Assembly: GCA_964247055.1 (NCBI GenBank)
Contig: OZ176053.1
Location: forward strand, 7,936,001 to 8,000,000
Origin: Paragordius varius
Taxonomy: Eukaryota; Animalia; Nematomorpha
Direction of reading: 5' to 3'
DNA length: 64,000 nt
The stretch's first letter is position 1; every line of letters begins with the position of its first letter. The notes under the pieces are model-generated. The model made no database searches and was not told where the DNA came from. It was given only the letters and a program-made list of their open reading frames with translations. Both the position numbers and the translations under genes were made by a program. Below, piece by piece: positions 1 through 12,937 of this stretch.

Positions 1-333
1 GGGCCAAAAATTATTTCCATATACGAATACCATTCCCTCAAAATCAAAAGATTCCCTACCTAAAAACCCAATAAATCAAACTCTTACCCAACTCAATTTG
101 GTTCCAACTGCACAATTGATATTTCATCCCCATGTTGAATATTACAATAAAAACATTGATGAATATTATAGATATTTGAAACCAGAACTTCTAAGTCGTG
201 TGCACGTTATATAAAAAATTTAATAGCATTTTGACTATATTTATGTAATTTATTTGTATAAATTATATTAACAAATGATGCTTTTTATCTTTAGTGCTGT
301 AATAAATTCTATTCTAATTTATAATGAAACTTA

Positions 334-1187
334 TTATTTAGATAAATCGACTCCAAGCCATAAAGCTAGCTCTTCTTTCTGAAAAATTCCATCATGGTTT
401 TTGTCGCACATTTTGAGCATGAGATTGCGGAATTTCTCTATTTCTTCCGATTTTTCAGATGCATCCACCTAATAATTTTATATTGAATATTTACATCAAC
501 AGTTTTGAGCACATCCCTAATAAAAGCTAGCAGTTCGTTTTCTTCCAACAAACCATCGCCATTCTAATATAAAATAAAAGCAACAATTTACTTTTTATAT
601 ATGTAGGAAAACTCTGATTTATATAAAAAATGATAGTATAATGATTGGAATTTTTAACACATTTTAAATTGTTTAACATAAAAACAATAAAACCCCTAGA
701 TTTAAAAAAAATAATACAGTAAAGATGGATATTATACAAGCAATTAATATATATATATATATGGCTCATCTGCATCATTGGTTTTTTTAAAATATTTTTT
801 AGCGAATGTAATTTTTGATACACTATCAAAAAAAATTTCAATAATACCCACAAGTACACGCAACTTTTAACGGTTTATTTTCAAAATTGAAAAATGGAAT
901 ATTTAAAAAAGTTGATTATGATTAATGGGCATATTGTGGTACAAAAAATATTTACTATCAATTTAATTTGTGAAATTTAAAAGTGGTTAATTTGTTATGT
1001 ATTTGGGCAAACTGTTATGCGAAACCATGTTCATAAAAATTTCAATGCAAATATAACATTCAATGAAACCTTATCGTAATGATGAAAGATTGAGCAGAAG
1101 GTGTCAAATTTTAGGTCATAGTTATTCTTGTGTTTTCATAGGTGGATTCGGTAAAAACATTGTAAGAAAAATTTTGTTGATACATAC

Positions 1188-1226
<39 letters not shown>

Positions 1227-4200
1227 TTTTAAACATAGTAAGTATGTTGGGCAATTAAAGTAATAAATAACGAGAGCTATTACAGACCATTTCGGTATTT
1301 AAATTGGCTAATCCGATTTTTATTTAAATGTCTGTTGGTGTATATTTGATTTTCATTTTTATTAGTGACATCAAAATTATTTTCAATATGCGCGATATTG
1401 TATTTTTTATCCACAATTTTAATGTCTATAACCAAAAAAATGAAAATCATACATACCAACCAATACCTCCTTTACCCAATAAACCGAAATATTGAGCAAG
1501 TATTTATTTTTAATTAGAAATATAAATTAAATTATATTAATTCGGAAACCATCTTAAATTCTTATTAGGGTTGTGCTGGGGTCATGACTTGGTCAGTGAC
1601 TATTTATTTTTTGACCATTGTCATTTTAAAAAAAACAGCTGTTTTTGAAAAATTAGTGGAAATTTTTTGTAAAGTAAGATTTAATTGTTTTTTATATTTT
1701 TTAAAAATAAAAATTTATTTAAATATGCTTATTTAACAAAAAATTGTTAAACATGCTTTGTTATAACATTATCATATAAGAATATCTAGTTATTTCGAAA
1801 AACAAAACTATCAAGCACTTTGCAAAATATGCAATTATTCCATATATGTGAACCAATATTTTAAATAAACATTTTATAATTGGAAATTTAAATAATGAAA
1901 GAAATTTTAAAACAAACTAGGTAAAATTTTATTGGATATATCCAGTATTAAAAACTATGTTTGAAGATTCAGAAGGCCACAAACATGTGGCAAATTTATT
2001 TGAAAAGAAAATTCATCATTAAATTTGATTTAAAATATTTGTAAATAATATCAAAAAAAATATAATATAAACTTTTTAGAAATAGTGAAACGCAAGTTTC
2101 GTACGAAAACTATTTTCACAATCCAATATCGCATTATTTACTTAAGTAGGTCATGACCATGGTCTGACTGGGTCTGACCGGACTTTTTTGAAAAAGCAGT
2201 CAAATGCACAACCCTAATTCTTATATACACTATGAGATTTAAATGGATATTTAAAAATAGGCCATATTGTTCATTGAAAAAAGTCCCTGTTATCGTTTTG
2301 TTATTACAGATGCAACATTTGTAAAAATTCCTTTTGTATAATTTTCAATATAATTTTGAATCAAAAATAATAAGAATACCCTAAAAACGTCCAAAAAACA
2401 CCTTTAAATTTAGATCTAAAGCTTTAATAATAAGCTACTAACATTTTCCAAAAAAATAGGTATGGTTTAAGGGTAAAATTGTTTTTGCTCTGTAAAAGTT
2501 TTTACTGAAACATAAAACAACCCTTGTTCAGAAACAGTGTTACATATTATAATGTCATCAAAAATTTTAGCGGACAAATGTCTAATATGGTTATAAAGTA
2601 CATATTTTTTAATTATCCAATGATTTTTGAGCGTTAAAATTTGTAGTTTTTTTATAAAACTTAATAAGGCATTAAAAACAATAATGTTATTATAATAACT
2701 ACATTGTTAAAGGAATGCATCTATTCTCAGGTTTATAACTAATGTTGCTTGATTGAAATTTAAAAAGTTTGTTTTTTAACAGCTTAAAATGCTTAAAGAT
2801 GCAAGAAGCATATTATAAAAATAGTTAACTTGAATCTATGAATTACCTTGAATTTTATCATATAGTTCTCTTCAGGGGCGATTATTCTGTATATAAAATG
2901 ATGCATGAACAAATATTGAGAAAGTATTTTATTTAATGTGATATTCTATACCGAGACATTTCTTTAAAGCTTAATTGGCCATCGTTATCACTGTCATAAA
3001 GTTCAATCTATAATTTCGTAATGCATATAATAAAATACCCTTTTGAATATAAATGGGTATCAAATTTTGAAAACTTTTTATATGTGTTATACCATTTACA
3101 ATTCAAATTATTCCTTAAATTTAAATTTATCCTTAAAAAATTCAAATTCACCCTCAAATAAATTATATTTATTAAGATTAAAAATTACCTATATTTTTAT
3201 ATATTTTTAAAAAATAAATTTTGTTTTAAATTAAAATAATGTTGAAAAAATAACAAAGTATGCCATAAAGCTATAATTATAATAATGAGTTATATTAGTT
3301 CGAAAACACATAATTTATTTTTAGGGTGTTGAATTATTCAAGGGTGAATTTGAATTGTTCGAGGGAATTGAAACTGCAAACGGTATTCATCTTAATTTTT
3401 TTTGAAAAACAAACAAACATAATGAAAAGCTTGAGAGATATTAATATTAAATGAGTTTTGAACATTATATCTCTATAAAAGTTGATTATTTAAATTATTT
3501 GCGATATGATATGAAGCAAGTGGAAAAACTTAAAATTTCACACAATAATTATACTAGATTAATTATAAAAATAAGGTTAAAAATTCTATAGAATAAATAA
3601 TCTTTTAACTTTTTAGAGATGATAAGTAAAAAGTAAAATTATTATAATTTAAATAGCAATTAGTGTATTATAAATTTAAATTGTAATAAAACGCCATTCC
3701 ATGTTAAATAATTTTAGTAGTGGTGGCTTGAATATAAATTTAATTATTGGTGTATAAATAATAAAATACTAATGATAGGACATATTCGGTAATTTTGTCT
3801 TCCTCGACCTCTTTGTTGTTTAGTTGAAAAAGGTATGTTAAAAATTCCTATAAATTATTATTATTATTATTAATATAAAAACCTATGTAATTGAATTATT
3901 ATGTTGTAAAAATAAAATATAATTATTTTTATTCATAATTTTCTAAGTAATGTCAACCTTAATTTCCTCAGATGTGACAAATCGTTTGTCCTTGGAAAAT
4001 TTGGTCCAAGCCTGCGCGACATACAGCATAGATAAGAAACAAAATAATATAATTGAATTATCATAATCTTATTTATATATTTTATATATGTAGGTATCTA
4101 TGTAAAAGAAAACGCTGTTTATAGAAGCAACACTAATCCAATTACCGTTAAAAAGTCATAACCGGACATTAATGGAAGTTCGTATTGTATGATGGCTAAA

Positions 4201-6348
4201 AAATTTTCTTCAGGTTCTAAAATTTGAGCCATCTATTATAAAATTTTTATGTTATAATGCATGTACATTAAATAAGTTACCCTATTTTTAGATAAATAGT
4301 TAACATTTAACTGTAAGATACAAGAAAACAGGCGGTTTAAATATTTCTATTTTAGCCTTATAAAAATAATGTTAATGAAGCGTTCATCTTATTTTAGCCT
4401 ATGTCCGCTAACCCAAATTTTAATCTGTTTTTATAATCGCAATCACCACAACATTAAAATTTTAAACACTTGTTTGAAATTCTTTTAGTGGTAACTATTC
4501 CCAGCCTACCCTTCGTTCTCAGACCAATAGATAAATTATATAGATTCCAACAGTTTTTAACAAGCTTTAAAAAGAGGAACGGATTCAATACAAATACAAA
4601 TAATCTAATCTAACAGTTGCAAATATTTTTTGAGATGAAGTATTTTGTAAAAAAAATTGTGTTAACAAGATACCAATTTAAAAAATGGATAATTTTAATG
4701 TCAAATTATAATTAGGAAATATCTATTCTACAAACAAGCTTGCATGTTGTGCCTTTAGACGTCTATTTCATCTTATATAAAAATTTAATTAAATAAAATG
4801 TGTTTTGCTGGAACCTAAAATATTTATCTTCGGTACTTAAAATTTAAGTTTTAAATGTTAAATTTATATAATTTGAGATATTACATCTTGTTATCTTTTA
4901 AATCAATAGTATTCCCTTATTCTCTAACTAAACCATTTTTTTTCAAATTATGCAATTTAAATTTGAGTAAGAAAGAGTAAAATCTATCTGTTTAATGAGC
5001 GCTAACGATAACGCTACTTGCGTAACATTTATGCATGATAGTATTTAAGGCCCAGACAAAGAAGATTTTAAGGCACTCCACAAAATAAGAATTGTTTTGG
5101 TATTTTTCAAATCTCAATATTAATTTTTTTGGCCTTTTAAATTATTTAAATATTTTTATTTTCCAAATATTTTTTCCTATCTGAAACATTTTATTACCTC
5201 GCCAATCTCAATTTTTCCATCCTTATTAAGGTCAAATTCTTCCAAAAACTTTTTTTGCAATTCAATTAATTCAGCTTCCGTAGGATTCTGGATATAAAAT
5301 TCGTTGTCGGGTAAACTAACTTTGGCTCTCAGCGCCTTTGTAACCAAATCGCGTACAAATGACTTTAGTTCTTTTCCTTCAATAAATCCATTTCCTACGA
5401 AAACAAAAAAAACATAAAAGTAAAATAAAACAAGCGGCAAGTTTGTGCGTTGATAAAATTTTCTTTGAGATATAAAAACAATTTTATTAAAGTATTAAAA
5501 TTATTTTTATTTCAATAAATAATATATAGAATGAATGGTTTATATTATATAATCAAAAAAATTTATTTTGTTAAAACCCTATATAAAAAATTTGTGCAAA
5601 TTCGACCAAGTTTATTATATTACAAGTAATAATGTAAGACAAAGAATTTTTCAAAACTTAGTAATTAAATCAAATATCCACAAAATTACAGAATGGTAGT
5701 ATCTTCTTAAATAAACTAAAAGAAAAAACCAGTATTAATAAATTTATAATTAAACATAAAATTATCCAGGCATCTATTTGGCATGTAAAAAATTATTCAT
5801 TTACTATATAAAACATTCGTTCCATCAATAATCATTATAAAGTATGCCAAATAAGTACATTCGAATATTTACCATTCACAGTTCTAATTCACCCTTGAAC
5901 AATTTAAAATCACCCTCGAACAAATCAAATTCACCCTAAAATGAATTAGGTATTTTTTGAAATATGAAATTCTGTTAAAATTAATATAATCCTGAAAAAA
6001 TAATAAACTACGTCGTAAAATAAAAATAAACTGTTCATATTAGTGATGAGTTTATTATCCCGAAAACACATAATTTATTTTTAGGGTAAATTTGACTTGT
6101 TCGAGGGTGAATCTGAATTGTTCGAGGGTGAATTTTTAAATGGTTTAATACTTACTATCAGTATCGTATGCATTCCAACATGTGGTAAACTCCTGGGGTG
6201 TTAAACCTACACAAACATGTTTTAACCGTTTAATGATATCTTGGGGCAATTTATTTGATTTAAATAAGCGTCTTCGTATCCGTGTCCCCAATTTTACTGG
6301 CTGTTCTTCACAAACATTAGTAGAAATGTTAGAATTAGATTTCGGCAT
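334..6348 (-). CDS. SCGN: Secretagogin-like hexa-EF-hand Ca2+-binding protein, 11 exons: 6348-6156, 5394-5321, 5287-5198, 4232-4146, 4011-3958, 3847-3770, 3007-2952, 2886-2847, 1126-1070, 563-495, 468-334
   Basis: Manual splicing with GT-AG junctions and consistent phases. EF loops DTDRNGFIEGKE, DLNKDGKIEIGE, DSDNDGQLSFKE, DKNGDGLLEENE, DKNHDGIFQKEE; EENF/EENY linkers. C-terminus EKFRNLMLKMCDKNHDGIFQKEELALWLG resembles secretagogin more than calbindin/calretinin. The exon 9 acceptor (AAG) is weaker than the others. Confidence 0.88.
469..494 (-). other. 26-nt GT-AG intron (SCGN intron 10)
   Basis: gtaaatattcaatataaaattattag; retention frameshifts away EF-hand 6. An alternative donor 6 nt upstream would give 32 nt. 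Confidence 0.85.
1192..1220. repeat. (TA)n microsatellite; others near 746, 11213, 21917, 34661 and 53740
   Basis: Direct reading. Confidence 0.9.
1566..2216. mobile_element. hAT-type MITE (651 bp) in SCGN intron 8
   Basis: 11-bp TIR TAGGGTTGTGC; perfect 8-bp TSD ATTCTTAT (1558-1565 and 2217-2224); a second copy starts at 63411. Confidence 0.9.
3091..3384. mobile_element. Fold-back MITE with ~75-bp TIRs built from AATTCACCCTCGAACAA-like subrepeats
   Basis: Ends (T)ACCATTT...AAACGGT(A); related copies at 5871-6144 and 38421-38595. Confidence 0.75.
5288..5320 (-). other. 33-nt in-frame GT-AG intron candidate (SCGN intron 2)
   Basis: gttagtttacccgacaacgaattttatatccag; good donor and acceptor; removal restores the family-typical EF1-EF2 spacing; no stop if retained. 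Confidence 0.65.
5871..6144. mobile_element. Fold-back MITE copy in SCGN intron 1
   Basis: Mirror arrays of caccctcgaacaa / ttgttcgagggtg; shares cgaaaacacataatttatttttagggt with 3091-3384. Confidence 0.78.
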
Positions 6349-9300
6349 TTTGTGAATGATATAATTTTTTCAATTACTGAAATAAATATGTTTTTTGCAA
6401 TTTTTGATTTTTTAAATTAATATGATTATTATTGAATAATTTAATTTGTGTATATTTTTCTACGTCAAAAACTTGGGACAAAAGCAGGTATAAAAAGCGG
6501 ACGAATTTACAAGTTAACTGAAGGTAAAAACGTTTGATTAGATAATTGGATATATTTAGTATAAGATTAGCTCGTCATTATGGTGAAAAAAAATGAATTT
6601 ATACAATAATTATGTGACCAATATTTTTTAGAATATGGCTCAAAATTCATATAAAAATGAAATTGGATGAAAGTGTTATTACATTATTATGTGAAGATTT
6701 ACGTAAATGTTACGTTTTAGAAGGCCGATACGATACAATATATAATACCTAAACTGAAAAAAAAACCAAAAACCATTGTCTACTATCCTGTGATTCATGT
6801 ATTGCGAATGTTATGTTTGGTTTGTATTCATAAGGTAGTGTCGTTAGCTTGTTAGATACTAAAAGAAAAATCAATATGTCTTTCTTCTCTTTTAAAATAC
6901 TTCAATGTGTTGACCCTTAATTTTTACGCCTCCTATTTGTTATTAATTAAATATTTATTATGGGATTTTATAAGCATAGTGTGTCAAATTTGGGACTGAA
7001 AATATAGTTTGTAGATCATATTATATAAATAAATCAACAACTTTAAGAATCTTTACACCATATACCCGGGGCTAGTTTTTGGAATAGTAATACCCAACAA
7101 CAAAGAGCTTTAATTAAAAAGTTATGAAATATATAATTTGTTATTAAATAAATTCTTTTAAAAGTTTCAATCGATAATATCAATTTATAATTCAATTCGT
7201 TTAATGTTTAAGAAGTAAGCAGCCTGTTTTTATATTAATTAACATAATGGGAATATTGAGTACAAGCTTGGCTGATATTATGTAGTGTAAAAAATAGTTT
7301 AATTATTCAATATGTTTTTCATGAAAATACCATAGCTAATACATGTGATTTTCTCCAAAATATGCATCATGATATAAAAATTAAATTTTTACATAAAAAT
7401 ATAAAAAGCTAAAACATAACACTGTGCACATTATTTTTGGAATTTCATAGATAATAAGTTATATTATTGGAATTGGGCTCAAAAAAGTTAAATGATCCAA
7501 TTAAAAATTCCAAACCCGAACTGATTATGTTAAAAACTAATTTTGGAGAAGCTAAATTCAACCAAATATTTTGTTAATATTAATATTTTAGTATAAAATC
7601 AATGTTCGTTTTTTCAACCTTACTATTTGATGGTGGCATTCAGAGGGTGGAATTCTAATCACTAGTTTATTTGAAAAATCGAACTAAATTTTTCTCTTTA
7701 CGGGAAATAGCTAAAACCCTTAATCAATATTGGTTTTCCGAAATTTTTTTCAAAGCCACAGTTTATATGGTGGCGCATTTTACAGAGTAGGAGTCTTATC
7801 CAGAGGCTGATTTCAAAAAAGCGCAGTTTATGGCTTAATACTGGGAAACCTAAACCACTTGACAAAATTTGCTTAAAACAATTATTTTTGGGAATTTAGT
7901 TTTTTGCAAAAAATTTCATTTTACCAGGTAAGTGGTTAAGGATCGAATGGGCTGACTATGTTTGGCGCCTTCGTAAAAAGTAAATTTTATGTTCGAATAG
8001 GCCTAAAGATTGACCGAAAAACTCAAAGGCACAATTTTTGTAGGTTAAGCGGGTAGAGGGAATCCTAAATAGCTAATTTTAAAAAATTCTGACTAGACTG
8101 GCTGCATTACAAAAATAAAAGTTTACACTTTTAAGTATACCTGAGCACTCATTTTTTGTGGAAAAATATCTCAAAATCAACATTCTTTATTTTTGCAATA
8201 TATACATTATAAGGTCCAATTTTATCTATGGTAACATTATAATAATAAATATGTATTATTTTCAAGATACTAATAATATCAATTGATTATTGTTAGTATA
8301 AAAATATTCTTCGAATTAACCTACGATACAGCTAAAACCAGATGTAACAACGGTAACCATATTCCTTAATAAATAATAATATTAATATGAACTAATTTTA
8401 CATGATACAATATCAATCTTAATTTAATATCAGTTGTAGGCCTTTTGAATATCTAATATACCCTAATGTCTATACTTTTTATAGTTTATCCAATTATCTG
8501 AAAACTATAATTACTATTAAGGACGAATTTGCTAAAAAAAAATTATAAATTATATTTATCTTTGTTTGATATAAACTTTGCTAATTATAGGTTCCATGAG
8601 AATGGAAAACTTTAGATAATAAAGATAGAAAGTTTTGGATATCGCATAATTTAATTTATTCCTTTGGGAATGTTTCAGCAGAAACAAGGCCGAAATGCCG
8701 ACCAAAGGTTTTTCATATATTTCATCATAAGTTTTTATAAAAAAAATATACACAGCTTTTTTGCAATGATGGAAAAATTGCAGTAAATTAAAATTTTCAT
8801 TAACACTATTAACCTACCGACGTAAATACCCAAAGTATTGATAGTTGAATATACTTGATAAAGATTAAAAAATATTTATAAATTTAAATTGTCTTCCGAA
8901 ACAAAATAACCGATGCAATTACGTACCAACCAATGAGATAGAGTTGTTAACGGCACAGTTTAGCGCAAAACTAAAACCGCCACGTTATATCAATATCAGA
9001 AACCACACCAAATTATAGGAGTGCCGATCACACCGACCCTATGATTTCCATAAAAATAGAGAGTGTTTATTGCTAAAAATGATTATTAAAAAGTATTTTT
9101 CCTTTTTGGACACTGGTAATACCGTCTCTAATAGCGTTCAGAAATTCTGCCCAAAAGTTATATTGGATTAATCAACCTTAGAACTCCCTCCATAGAACAC
9201 GGTTCAAAAAAAACCAGATGTTTATTTATTCTGAGTTTAGATCAAAAACATTTTTCGAATTGACTAATGTTTAAGATTTTTGCTATAGTACAAAGTGTTA

Positions 9301-9752
9301 ATAAATATCTTAAAACAAATCATGAGTGCAAAATTTTTTATCCAATTAAAACCAGAATTTAGCTTTTTAATGACTCATAAACTCAAAAACCATAAGGATA
9401 TAGTTAAATTTATATATATCAGTTCCCCTTTTTTGAGCGTGGTTTATTTCTGCTCGATTTGTGAAAAAAATCCATGTCAATGTACTGAAATATTTTCCCC
9501 GTATTCTAATTTTTTTATTAAACCTAAAAGCTAATTTAAAAGATAAACCCAAATACATATTTTTCGTATGCAGATACTTAGCTTTTCCAAAGATGAACGA
9601 AATCACAATTCTATATTATTCGCTTTGTAATGTAGCCCACTTGTTATGGTAATAACAAAATTTTTCAGAATATTAATTGCAGTCAATTGCAAATACAAAA
9701 GAGCAAATAATATATTTTTTTAAATTATAAACGAAGTAAATAATAAATAATA

Positions 9753-12700
9753 TTAGTAGGGAGATTTTTGATAATATCCTTCTGAAATCATCGGGGATCT
9801 ATATATCATTTTTTCTTCAATATCTTTAAGGGCATACTTGTGATCACAAAGTTCTAGGGCCTCCCATTCAGCCTTTTTCAAAAATATTTCAAATTTTTAA
9901 ATAAAATGCGGTGAAATTTAAATAACGATTAAAACCGGAATCATTATGATCGCAATTACACAATTTTTTGTAGCGGGTTTCGGTTCCGATTTCAAAAATT
10001 TTGTTTTCCCAATTTTAGTTATGTCCCGTCTACTTTGTAATAAATTATAGCATAATTAGTTTATACGATATGAAAAAAAAACAAAAAATCACACTATAAA
10101 ACGTAAATTTATTGTATGCTATAATATATATTTTTTAAATTAATAGATAATTTGATAATTCATATAAGAAAAGTGGTAAATATATGGTTAGGGTTGTAAT
10201 ATAAATTAAATAAATGTTTTAAGCGTATTTAACAAAGCTATTGATTCTAAATTTTTTAAATAGCTAAAGAAAATCTCAATTTGATCCTCGGTTTGAAAAG
10301 TTGAACATTAGAGTTCAAATTAAGCATCATACTTATAGCTTAAATAATAAGGCCATATTAAAATTGGTAAAAGATGTTAAAAACAAGGTTTATAAGACTA
10401 TAGATTGATTAATTCAACATAAAGATGATTAAATTTGTTTAATATTAAATTAAAAATATTCGTCATAACCCATCATAACCGCGTACATCATATATTTTAA
10501 TAACCTGATAAACAATATTTTTTTATAAAAATTGTAACAAAATATTTCGGATCTACTGATCTCTATCAATTATATGAAATATTTTATTATTTTAATAAAT
10601 TTATTTTACACAAGTTATTAACAAATTGGTTATATATTAAAACTGGTCTTTGCATAATTGTATCTTGAAATAAAAAAAATCTTTAAATATTTGCAATTAT
10701 TAAAGCCATATAGATACTACCTTAAAAGCTTGCTTAGGGTCAGGAGGCATGGCCATTGCCGCGCCCGACATTTGATCCTGCATTCCTTTCGTTTGATCAG
10801 CCGCTATGATGATTAAAAAAATTTTATTGCAAATCGCTTTTATGGATACAAATCAACAACGATTCTCAACAAAATTTAATTTTAGGTTTCATGTATCGGT
10901 TATATGGGTTTTAACTGTTATAGGGTGAACAAATAGGTGTAAGATATAATTTTATCTTTTTTCCTCTCAAAATTGATGATTTAAGCACGAAATGAATTTA
11001 ATCAGACTTGCTCACAAATTTAATTATTGTCCCTATTAATAATTTATAAGATGACCTATATAACATCTATTATGACTGTAAACAGTGCAATGATAAACAA
11101 GATTAATAAGATACTTACCATTATTTTCGCCTAATACCAAGGCATATATGCTTCGCAATCCGAAAACATTGAGAAAGTACCAAGATGCGGAACTTACCCT
11201 AAATAAAATAATTTATATATATATATATATATATACATTGGTATTTAATAAAAATGGAAATTACCATGAAGCATCTAATGATTGTAATTCTACACCCCTC
11301 TGCAACATCGGTTTAAATCGGAGTGTCAAGGGGAATGGGACTTTCGCTATATATATATATAATATAAAGAAGTGAAAATTGTTGCAAAAAGTAAATTATA
11401 TTTATATATAGGGGGCTATATTAAATCATAAATAAAAAAATTTATTCTACTATTCACACCGTGGGGTTGCAAACATATATAAAATAATTTGATTAAGCAT
11501 TAAAGACTTTTTCTTGACAGTAAACGCTCGATATATTGCACATTATAAATATAAACAAATTCAGAAACCATTCTAACCAAAAAAAGTGAGTAAAAGGGCC
11601 AAATCATAAAAATGCAATTCAAAAAGCCAAAGACCATTTGACATTTATAAAACTTTTAAATATATAATAATATTAAAATTTTTTTTGCTAGACATTAATA
11701 ATAAGTGGTAATGGTCCTATAAATATAAAAAAGGATAATATATTATTTGTGAATAAGCATTAAATTGTTAAAACATGGAGAGTATAGGATTTGATACACT
11801 ATTAGGTTTGAAAATATTAGTTTTATATTATTTACAAATTAAAAAAATATATATATATTTTAGGGATATTTAATTTTTTTAAAAAAAGGGAAAATGTAAA
11901 AGAAAGTCGTTTAATAAATTGAAATTGCGATTAACATAATTTAATGAAAAGCATAAATCCATATGTTTTTTTACCTTTAATTTATTAATATGGACTTGAA
12001 AAGCTAATCTTCCCTTTTTATATGTTAGTATCTAATGTTCAATTTTGACAAAATTTAGCCTCAATTTTCTTTTTTAAGCTTATATTAAAAAAATAAGATT
12101 ATGCTACATTAACATACATTATTTAAAAATAAATTGGATATAAACTATCCAAATTAAAATGTAATTTTTATTCTTTACTAAAAATAACAATTATATGAAA
12201 AAATTAAAAAGTTTGACAGCATAAAAAATTTATAATTAATAAGCTAAATAAAGTTATCTTTGATAATAAAATATTTTTTAAAATTATAACTCACTTGTAA
12301 CGAACCCCGAAAATGTCCAATTAATCCAACCACCAATAACAAGCATAGGAAGCATGTTAGTCAAGTTTCCTTTTAACATTTCCGTCATCACACTGGGATC
12401 TAAAACAAATAGTGTTTAATTTTACCTGTCATTGGATTTTGTATTTGAGGCTTTCTTTTTTGAGTTTTGAAAAAACCATTCTCACTATTGTTAAAATAAT
12501 GTTTTCGGGAAAGAAATGCCTACATATATTTTTAAAATACCTGTTTTGGTATAAAGTTGTAATTCTCTCTTAAATTTCGGCTGCGCAACAAAGCTTGACT
12601 ATATGATTAAAATTCTTAAAACCTGTCTTGAATTTGTTGAATATCTACAGGTTTAGCTGTCATTAAAAGTATCGATATATAATGCCTAACAATCCCAACT

Positions 12701-12771
12701 AAGAATGTGATAAGGACTATTGGAATTATGACATAAAATCGAATATCGGGATCCAAAAATAAATCGTGCAT
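9753..12771 (-). CDS. EMC3: ER membrane protein complex subunit 3, 8 exons: 12771-12623, 12598-12541, 12519-12426, 12399-12295, 11346-11265, 11198-11119, 10803-10721, 9872-9753
   Basis: Spliced translation [36 protein letters not shown]...[74 protein letters not shown]...AEWEALEL matches EMC3/TMEM111 end to end. Confidence 0.96.
12400..12425 (-). other. 26-nt intron (EMC3 intron 3)
   Basis: gtaaaattaaacactatttgttttag; frameshift if retained; removal gives NPMTD|PSVMTEM. Confidence 0.93.
12520..12540 (-). other. 21-nt intron (EMC3 intron 2)
   Basis: gtattttaaaaatatatgtag; in-frame TAA if retained; removal gives IPKQ|AFLSRK. Confidence 0.93.
12599..12622 (-). other. 24-nt intron (EMC3 intron 1)
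   Basis: gttttaagaattttaatcatatag; in-frame TAA if retained; removal gives QDS|QALLRSR. Confidence 0.93.
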
Positions 12772-12937
12772 ATTGAATTTTTTCACCTATACGGTCGATA
12801 TTTAAATAATCATGTGTTTTGATTTTTAAGTGCTATAACCTGTCTGCCTTCTTATATGTTTCTCTCATAGTAGCAATTTAAATCTTTTCCTATTATTATT
12901 TTTATATACATGTAGTAGAGAGATAGATATAAAGTTA

